The notes under the pieces: model-generated
Database searches by the model: none
Told to the model about the DNA's origin: nothing
The model's input: only the letters and a program-made list of their open reading frames with translations
Program-made: the position numbers and the translations under genes
Source: Nitratidesulfovibrio vulgaris str. Hildenborough
GTDB taxonomy: Bacteria > Desulfobacterota > Desulfovibrionia > Desulfovibrionales > Desulfovibrionaceae
Assembly: GCF_000195755.1 (NCBI RefSeq)
Contig: NC_002937.3
Span: 1,080,001-1,112,000 of the forward strand
Direction: 5' to 3'
Length of the DNA: 32,000 nt
Part shown: one piece after another, positions 26,001 to 32,000 of the stretch
Position numbering within the stretch: the first letter of the stretch is position 1
Layout: each line of letters starts with the position of its first letter

Positions 26001-29000
26001 CTAGCCGCCGGAGTTGATGATCTGCTGCTGGATGGTGTGGTCGATGATGAGGTCGCGAGTCTCCGAGCCCACTGTCACGCTGTAGACATCCTGGCCTGCG
26101 GCGTTTGTGCTGTGAGTCCAGTCGCTTCCCACCAGTTCGACCTTGTCTGCATTATCCCCGCTGATGTGCACGGCCTTGTTGCCGGCTGCGGTGGCTTCCG
26201 AGGTCCCGGCGAGGTCGAACAGGTCGGCTGCCGTCAGGCGCACGGTCTGTGCGCCGGTGTCGGTGCCGAGGTCGATGTGCTCGATGCCTGACACCTTGCC
26301 GTCGGCGATGTTGTTGAAGTCGAGCACCACGTTATCACCATGGATTTCGAGCGTATCCGTTCCGGCACCACCATGCAGCCCCTTGAAGTCCGCATCGGTG
26401 ATGCGGTGGTCGCCCGAATTGTCCTGAATGATGATGGTGTCGTTGCCGAGTCCACCGTCGATGTAGTCTCGTCCACCGCTACCGCCAAGCGTGTCGTTCC
26501 CAAGCCCGCCGAGGATGATGTCGTCGCCTGCGGTGCCGACGATGGTGTCGTCGCCACTGCCGCCGATGTAGACCATGCTCGTGTCGGTGGCACTATTGTG
26601 ATCGTCGTAAGCATAGCTGTACGTCGTCTGGGCTGTATGATCGCCTGCCGCCCCGATGTGGATGTTCAGGGTGGCATGGTCTTCCTGCCCGGTCGGCGTC
26701 GCTATCTTGTAGACGAAGGCTTCGTCGTGACCATTCGCACCTACAGCAGGCCTGTACTCGTAGTCGCCGTACATGTTGACCTTGAGCGAACCGTACTGTT
26801 CGTGCGTTATCTCCGTGTACGAACCGTCCTGTGCAATCAGCTGTCCGTTCACCTCGGTCACATGTGCCGTCATGCCTGCAAGTGCATCTGCGGGAGAGTC
26901 GCCGATGAGGTTGCCCGCGAGATACCCCGCCATAATGGCGAATTGGCTGACCTGCACATCAAGGCTGTGCTTGGTTGAGCTGATATCGTAATCATTGTCG
27001 CTGGCGATGAGCTCGACCTTGTACCGGGCGGTGTCCTTGAAGTTGTAACTGAACGAATCGCTCCGGATGTCATTCGGGTTTCCGTCGAACAGTTGTTCTT
27101 CGTATTCCTTCTTGCCGGTATCAAGGTTGATTATGCGGATGGTGAACGTGTCCGTGTCGTAGGATGACGGCGAGTTGGTCACCTTGCCGTCGATGATGGC
27201 CTTCCAGTTGAACGCCACCTCATCGTTGGCGTTTACGCTGAACTCCTTCGAGGCGACCACAGAGTCGTTGACCATGTTCTTGCCGAGTGAAAGCTCGAAC
27301 GTCGGTTCGCTCGCTGCTCCCACGTTGTGGACATGACTGTCGTTGGCCCACCAGTCATTGTCGTTGTCGTAGATGTAGCGAGGCTCATCGATTCCGCTGG
27401 CGAAGTTATCCTTGGCGTCCACCGCTGCGCCCTTCAGCTGCAGGTAGAGGTGGGCGGACGAGGGGTCACCGTCGCCATCACGGATGGTGTAGTCGAAGGT
27501 GGGCGTCCCTGTGGGGTTCGCCCCAGGAACGTACCTGAAGTCGCCGTCGGAGAAGTCGAACTCCACCGTGCCGCGGTCTGCGCCCAGCGAGAAAGTGACG
27601 CGGGACCCAGGTTGCACGACGCTGTTGTCGATGGTTCCGTCGCCGCCAAGGTCTGTGGTGAACACGAGCTTGCCGGTGCTGGTATTCCATGTGGCTGTGT
27701 AGACCGTCCCGTCCTCGCTGGTGAAGGAAACCTTCTCGATGTAGGCACCGTCGGCGCCCTTTACATCATTGTTCAGGAGATTGCCTTCGATGGGCACGGT
27801 GTTGAGCAGGGTGCTTTCAAGCTGGCTCAAGTCCGTGAGCACCTTGGTCGAATGCGCGTCGGGGTTATCCGGGTCGGTGGGGTTACGTTCCCATCCCACA
27901 GGCAACAGGTGCGTGGTGGAGACCTGACTGCCGATGCCGATGGCATAGGCGATGTCGAGGTTATCCACCCCCTTGAGGGCATCGACCCATGCCTTCTCTT
28001 CTGTTGCGTTCAGCGCCTCGCTGATCGGGTCGGGGGCTCCGTCCGAGAAGAAGTACAGCACGGTACGGTCCGCATTAGGCATGCCTGTCTGCAATGCACT
28101 GGCTGTCGCTGCGGTGGCGTCATCGTAGTCCGTTCCGCCTCCCGGTACGAACTTGTTGTCGGTCGTCAGGTATTGCGTGGCCTTCGCCACGGCATCATTG
28201 CCCTCAAACCATGGCTTGCTGGCGTCGGCATCGCTGTAGAAGTCGACGATCTTGATGTTGACATGGCCCATATCGTCGTAGGCGTGCATCAGCTTGGCGA
28301 TGGCTTCCTGCGCCAGTTCCATGCGGGACTTTCCATCAACGCCAGAATCCCAGGCCATGCTGCCCGAGGTGTCGAGCACGATGACGAGGTTGGTGGTGGT
28401 ATTCACCTGCGGGAAGGTCGCGAAGTCATCATGAGCAGTGGGCGCATCGTCGGTGACGTTGATGACGATGTTGGCCTTCGCCTCGTCACCCGAGGTGTCG
28501 GTGACCTTCACCTCGAAGGTGCGCTGCACGTTGTCGCCTTCAAGGGTGTTATCCTTGAGGGTGTATTCGTAGCTGACTTCGCCTGTGGCGGAGTTGTACC
28601 CGGTGATGACCAGCTTTCCGGTGGCGTCGTCCACTACGGTCTGGGTGTGACCGGAGGTCGAGAAGGCTCCAAGGTCGATGGTCTGACCGGCTACAGTGAG
28701 TGATTGCAGCCCTTCACCCTTGTCATCGAAGGTGAAGGTGCCCGTGGTGGTCTCTGAAAGTGCGGGGCTGGAACCATCCGGGAGGGCTGCCTCACTGACG
28801 GACACGGGGTCTCCCATGGTGAGCACGGGTTCGGTGTTGCCGCGCTCGACGTTCAGCGAAAGGGTGTCCGCCACCCGGTCGCCGTCGCCGTCCACCAGCG
28901 TGAAGGTGAAGCTGTCGTTGCCGACCGAGGTCCCGTCATAACGGTATTCACCGTCCGCATTGACGTACAGGGTGCCGTGGTCTCCTGCGAAGGACTGGTA

Positions 29001-32000
29001 GCCGTCGCTGCCTGCCTTGGTTGCATCGAACGCGACACCGTTGACCAGCAGCTGCCCCACACCGTCTGCACCGGGGACCATATTGAACTGGCCTTCGGTG
29101 TGTTGTCCGACGTTGAGCGTGGCACTGTCGTCTGCGCTTGCCGTCGTGTTGAGTTCGGCCTTGGGCACGTCGTCCACGATGGTCACGGTGATGGTCGCCG
29201 TTGCCGTGCTGGCATCGGCGCCCGTCCCGGTGGTGACGGAGACGGGAATCACGTCGCCGGTCTTCTCGTTGTCGAACAGCACGCCGCCTACGTTGGTGCT
29301 GTGCGCAACGTTGTCGGTGAGAGTGTAGGTGTAGCTGACAACGCCGGTCGAGGCGTCGTAGCCGGTGATGGCAAGCGTGGCATGACCGCCGGAGGCGACA
29401 TGCTGTCCGTTGGCCCCGATGTTGAAGGTTCGTCCCACGAGGGTGGAGAGGTCGGAGATGGTCTCTCCGGCGATACCCACGCTGGTGATGCTTTCACCGT
29501 TCGCATTGATGCGGAAGGTGCCTTCGGTGACAACCGGGCTGCCATCCGGGTCGGATGCGCTGTCGTAGCCACCGGGGAAAAGGCCCGAACCAGCGGCGTC
29601 AGCCGTATTGAGGCCGGATTCATGCACCACGTGGGGGGTAAGGCCTGTGTCGATGTCGGGTGCTCGCTCGACTTCGTTCACCGTCACTTCGATGGTAGCC
29701 GCTGGGGTGGTATCACCGTCGGCATCCGTGATGCCCACGTTGAAACCAAGCTTGTGCGTCGTACCCGGCAGGTCGAGCGGAACCTTCTGGTCGAAGTGCC
29801 ACTCGCCATCGGTCGTGTCGAGTGACATGGTGAAGGCCGTCTTGCCACCGTCATAGGTTCCGGTGAGCGTCTTGCCGTCAGCCGACGGGGTCACCGTCAC
29901 GGCGTGACCGTCGTAGGTGTAGATGCCAGTGGTGCCCACACCGAAGGTCAGTGCCCCACTGGTGGCCTCGCCGTCGGCCCCGTAGTCCATGTCGACGGTG
30001 CCCGAGGCCTTGCCTATGCTGTCGACGAAGCCGACATCCACACCCTTGATGTAGAAGTCGCTGTTGTCGCTGCTAGTGGTGCCGTCGGAGTTGTCCACAG
30101 CCTGAACGACGACCCTGTCGAACAGGACGCCTGTGTAGCTGAACTGTCCGTTGGCGGGAATCGCCTGACTGGCGACCTGTACGTTGCCGAGGAAGAAGAG
30201 GACCTGTCCGCGTTCGCCTTCCCCACCGGTGTAGAAGGAACCGGGAGCGTCCATGTTGAACCTGTTGGCGACGCCATCCAGTTCGAAGACCACCCCTTCC
30301 TGTTCACCGGAAGTCTTGTCGTCGCGGTAGCCCAGTTCGTTCTCGCGGTCGGGACCATCGCTGCCTGCGACGGGCTTCCCGTCGTAGGTCACGCCGAGGC
30401 CGTTACTGGTGAAGTTGGGCGTGCCGCCGTTCACCTGCAACTGCACACCGGGGGCTATCATGTCGCCGTCGCCGGGGTGCGTGTCGGCACCGAAGCCGAC
30501 GTGAACAAGGGCGGACTGGCCGAAGTCGTCGGTGACCGCGCCGTTGCTGACCGTCAGCGTGGGCGCGTCATCCTTGATGTCGATGTTGATCGTGGCCGAG
30601 GTGCTGTCGTTGTCACGGTCGGTCAGCGTCACGGTGATGTCGAGGTCGAACGTCTCGTCGGTGGCCGGCGTTGTATGCGGCGCGTTCCTGTCCAGTTCGA
30701 AGGTGTAGGTCACCTTGCCGGTTACCGCATCAAAGCCGGTGATGGTCAGGTTCCCGTAGGGCGTGTCGAGCACTGCGCCTTCGGCGATGTCGACTGTCTG
30801 ACCACCGTAGCTCATGGTGAGTGAACCGAGTCCGTCCTTCACGTCGATGGTGAACTCGCGTTCTGCGGTCACCAGCGAACCGAGGCCGTCTTCGGTGCCG
30901 CCGGGCAGGTACTTCTCGTACAGTTCACCTTCAGAGCCCTCCAGCCCCTTGATGGAAACGCCGTCGTCCGTCCCCACGATGGTGATGACGAGAGGTGCCG
31001 TTGAAGCATCACCGTCACCGTCCGTGACGGTGTACTTGAAGGTCTCCGTCAACCTGTCCGTCTTGGAGTTGAGGTGCTGTACGCGCGGGTCGTCATTGTT
31101 GAGCGAGTACGAGTAGCTACCATCGGCGTAGATGGTGAGCGTTCCGTATTCACCCTGAATCTCGGTGCTACCGTTTTCGGAGAAGTCGGTCGCAGCACCG
31201 TCGCCCTTGGCGATGTGTGTGACGCGGTTGCCGTCGGCGCTCAAGTCGTAGCCGGGGGCGGTGTCGTTGGAGAGCACATTGCCAGAGGCGATGAGCTTGC
31301 CATCTTCACGTACCCAGTCGGCATCCATCTGGGCGACGGGCATGTCGTCGGTCACCTTGAGCGTGACCGAGCCATCCACGTAGTCACCGTCGATGTCGGT
31401 GCCGCGAACCTTGATGCCGGTGATGGTCACAAGGTCGCTTCCGTTGGCGTGCAGCAGCGGGTCGATGAGTTCGGCGTGAACGGTCACGTTGCCGGTTTCA
31501 CCTGCGTCGATGTTCCCGCCGGAGAGTGAAAGGATGACCGCCTTGTCACCATTGGAGTATCTGCCGACGAGTTTGCCAGATTCGACGGCCCACGTCAGGG
31601 CTGCGCCTGCGCCTTCCATCTGGACGCCGCTGGCGTCGACGAACTTGAACGATTCGAAGTCGTCGGAACCTGCGGTGAAGCTGAGGCTGCCGCTGGTCTT
31701 GTCGGTGTCGAGATAACCGTCGGGTCGCGTCAGCATCGATGCCGCATCGTCATCGAGCGTGAGCGTCAGGGTTCCTGCGCGCGCCGGACCTTCGCCGTCG
31801 TTGATGGCGACGGTGATGGTGTCGGTAAGCTTGGTGTCGCCATCCGAGTCGGTGATGCGCAGGGCGAACTTCAATTCCTGCTTGTAGTCGTGGTCGAGGT
31901 TGTTCTTCGCCGCGAAGGTCCATTCCCCGTCACCGTTGACGCGCAGGATGCCCTTCGAGGTGTAGATGTTCTGGTTGATGCTGTATTCGTTGCCGCCGAT
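26001..32000 (-). CDS. giant VCBS-repeat / vWA / RTX surface adhesin, type I secretion substrate; the 5' end lies beyond the window
   Basis: The reading frame is open from the window edge to the stop at 26001-26003. I translated 31875-32000 and found no stop, and the track 'start' at 31874 is an internal TTG. It contains repeated acidic TDxDGD motifs, VCBS-like YG.L....dG.Y.Y cores, a vWA domain, GGxGxDxUx nonapeptides and a C-terminal secretion-type tail. Confidence 0.9.
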   Translation of the reverse strand: MGGNEYSINQNIYTSKGILRVNGDGEWTFAAKNNLDHDYKQELKFALRITDSDGDTKLTDTITVAINDGEGPARAGTLTLTLDDDAASMLTRPDGYLDTDKTSGSLSFTAGSDDFESFKFVDASGVQMEGAGAALTWAVESGKLVGRYSNGDKAVILSLSGGNIDAGETGNVTVHAELIDPLLHANGSDLVTITGIKVRGTDIDGDYVDGSVTLKVTDDMPVAQMDADWVREDGKLIASGNVLSNDTAPGYDLSADGNRVTHIAKGDGAATDFSENGSTEIQGEYGTLTIYADGSYSYSLNNDDPRVQHLNSKTDRLTETFKYTVTDGDGDASTAPLVITIVGTDDGVSIKGLEGSEGELYEKYLPGGTEDGLGSLVTAEREFTIDVKDGLGSLTMSYGGQTVDIAEGAVLDTPYGNLTITGFDAVTGKVTYTFELDRNAPHTTPATDETFDLDITVTLTDRDNDSTSATINIDIKDDAPTLTVSNGAVTDDFGQSALVHVGFGADTHPGDGDMIAPGVQLQVNGGTPNFTSNGLGVTYDGKPVAGSDGPDRENELGYRDDKTSGEQEGVVFELDGVANRFNMDAPGSFYTGGEGERGQVLFFLGNVQVASQAIPANGQFSYTGVLFDRVVVQAVDNSDGTTSSDNSDFYIKGVDVGFVDSIGKASGTVDMDYGADGEATSGALTFGVGTTGIYTYDGHAVTVTPSADGKTLTGTYDGGKTAFTMSLDTTDGEWHFDQKVPLDLPGTTHKLGFNVGITDADGDTTPAATIEVTVNEVERAPDIDTGLTPHVVHESGLNTADAAGSGLFPGGYDSASDPDGSPVVTEGTFRINANGESITSVGIAGETISDLSTLVGRTFNIGANGQHVASGGHATLAITGYDASTGVVSYTYTLTDNVAHSTNVGGVLFDNEKTGDVIPVSVTTGTGADASTATATITVTIVDDVPKAELNTTASADDSATLNVGQHTEGQFNMVPGADGVGQLLVNGVAFDATKAGSDGYQSFAGDHGTLYVNADGEYRYDGTSVGNDSFTFTLVDGDGDRVADTLSLNVERGNTEPVLTMGDPVSVSEAALPDGSSPALSETTTGTFTFDDKGEGLQSLTVAGQTIDLGAFSTSGHTQTVVDDATGKLVITGYNSATGEVSYEYTLKDNTLEGDNVQRTFEVKVTDTSGDEAKANIVINVTDDAPTAHDDFATFPQVNTTTNLVIVLDTSGSMAWDSGVDGKSRMELAQEAIAKLMHAYDDMGHVNIKIVDFYSDADASKPWFEGNDAVAKATQYLTTDNKFVPGGGTDYDDATAATASALQTGMPNADRTVLYFFSDGAPDPISEALNATEEKAWVDALKGVDNLDIAYAIGIGSQVSTTHLLPVGWERNPTDPDNPDAHSTKVLTDLSQLESTLLNTVPIEGNLLNNDVKGADGAYIEKVSFTSEDGTVYTATWNTSTGKLVFTTDLGGDGTIDNSVVQPGSRVTFSLGADRGTVEFDFSDGDFRYVPGANPTGTPTFDYTIRDGDGDPSSAHLYLQLKGAAVDAKDNFASGIDEPRYIYDNDNDWWANDSHVHNVGAASEPTFELSLGKNMVNDSVVASKEFSVNANDEVAFNWKAIIDGKVTNSPSSYDTDTFTIRIINLDTGKKEYEEQLFDGNPNDIRSDSFSYNFKDTARYKVELIASDNDYDISSTKHSLDVQVSQFAIMAGYLAGNLIGDSPADALAGMTAHVTEVNGQLIAQDGSYTEITHEQYGSLKVNMYGDYEYRPAVGANGHDEAFVYKIATPTGQEDHATLNIHIGAAGDHTAQTTYSYAYDDHNSATDTSMVYIGGSGDDTIVGTAGDDIILGGLGNDTLGGSGGRDYIDGGLGNDTIIIQDNSGDHRITDADFKGLHGGAGTDTLEIHGDNVVLDFNNIADGKVSGIEHIDLGTDTGAQTVRLTAADLFDLAGTSEATAAGNKAVHISGDNADKVELVGSDWTHSTNAAGQDVYSVTVGSETRDLIIDHTIQQQIINSGG
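26346..26564 (-). repeat. RTX (hemolysin-type Ca-binding) nonapeptide block
   Basis: Five consecutive units GGSGDDTIV GTAGDDIIL GGLGNDTLG GSGGRDYID GGLGNDTII, plus a sixth degenerate unit GGAGTDTLE 19 aa later. Confidence 0.85.
27891..28397 (-). other. von Willebrand factor A (vWA) domain with a complete MIDAS, inside the adhesin
   Basis: NLVIVLDTSGSM (DxSxS), GGGTDYDDA (Thr) and LYFFSDGAP (Asp) appear in the expected order and spacing, at residues about 1160-1328 of the in-window ORF numbering. Confidence 0.8.

Noticed and set aside
27327-28703. 458-aa plus-strand ORF, with similar ones at 28977-29825, 29904-30824 and 26340-26978
   Set aside because: All are antisense shadows of the giant adhesin frame. 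Their composition is Gly/Val/Arg/His-rich junk, and the minus-strand frame carries clear vWA, VCBS and RTX motifs.

Overview
This is a high-GC bacterial chromosomal segment. Gene content and protein sequences look like a Desulfovibrio-type sulfate reducer, but that is inference from memory and I ran no search. I support 27 protein-coding genes, most of them housekeeping. In order they are a DUF151 nuclease (partial), miaB, a small membrane protein, an orphan HMA-domain protein, cutA-pfkB, and nth translationally coupled to a DEDD/RNase H-like exonuclease. Next come cheV, a lipoprotein, an FmdB zinc ribbon, a DJ-1/PfpI protein, a DUF2233-like exported protein, metF, a GT9 heptosyltransferase and a DsbD-type fusion. 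Then follow an M24 peptidase, a CoA-binding/YkgJ/J-domain operon, an EamA transporter, a membrane-anchored hypothetical, a YdjM-like hydrolase, cobU, an exported hypothetical and a GNAT-like protein. There are two tandem tRNA-Lys(CUU) genes, each with its own promoter-like element, and many intrinsic-terminator hairpins. The right-hand 6 kb (26001-32000, minus strand) is the 3' part of a giant VCBS/vWA/RTX adhesin. It has a type I secretion C-terminal signal and runs off the window. I found no CRISPR array, IS/transposase, integrase, phage gene or recognisable defence system, so I cannot honestly name a novel multi-gene system. Four things deserve a second look. First, an unclassified structured RNA unit of about 175 nt with its own promoter and strong terminator between metF and the heptosyltransferase gene. 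Second, a roughly 650-bp low-GC stretch without a confident gene, bracketed by hairpins, directly 3' of the adhesin gene. Third, a low-GC Asn/Asp/Lys-rich module and a complete-MIDAS vWA domain inside the adhesin. Fourth, two ATGA-coupled gene pairs (nth-exonuclease, CoA-binding-YkgJ). All coordinates come from hand reading, and functional calls rest on recognised motifs, not database searches.
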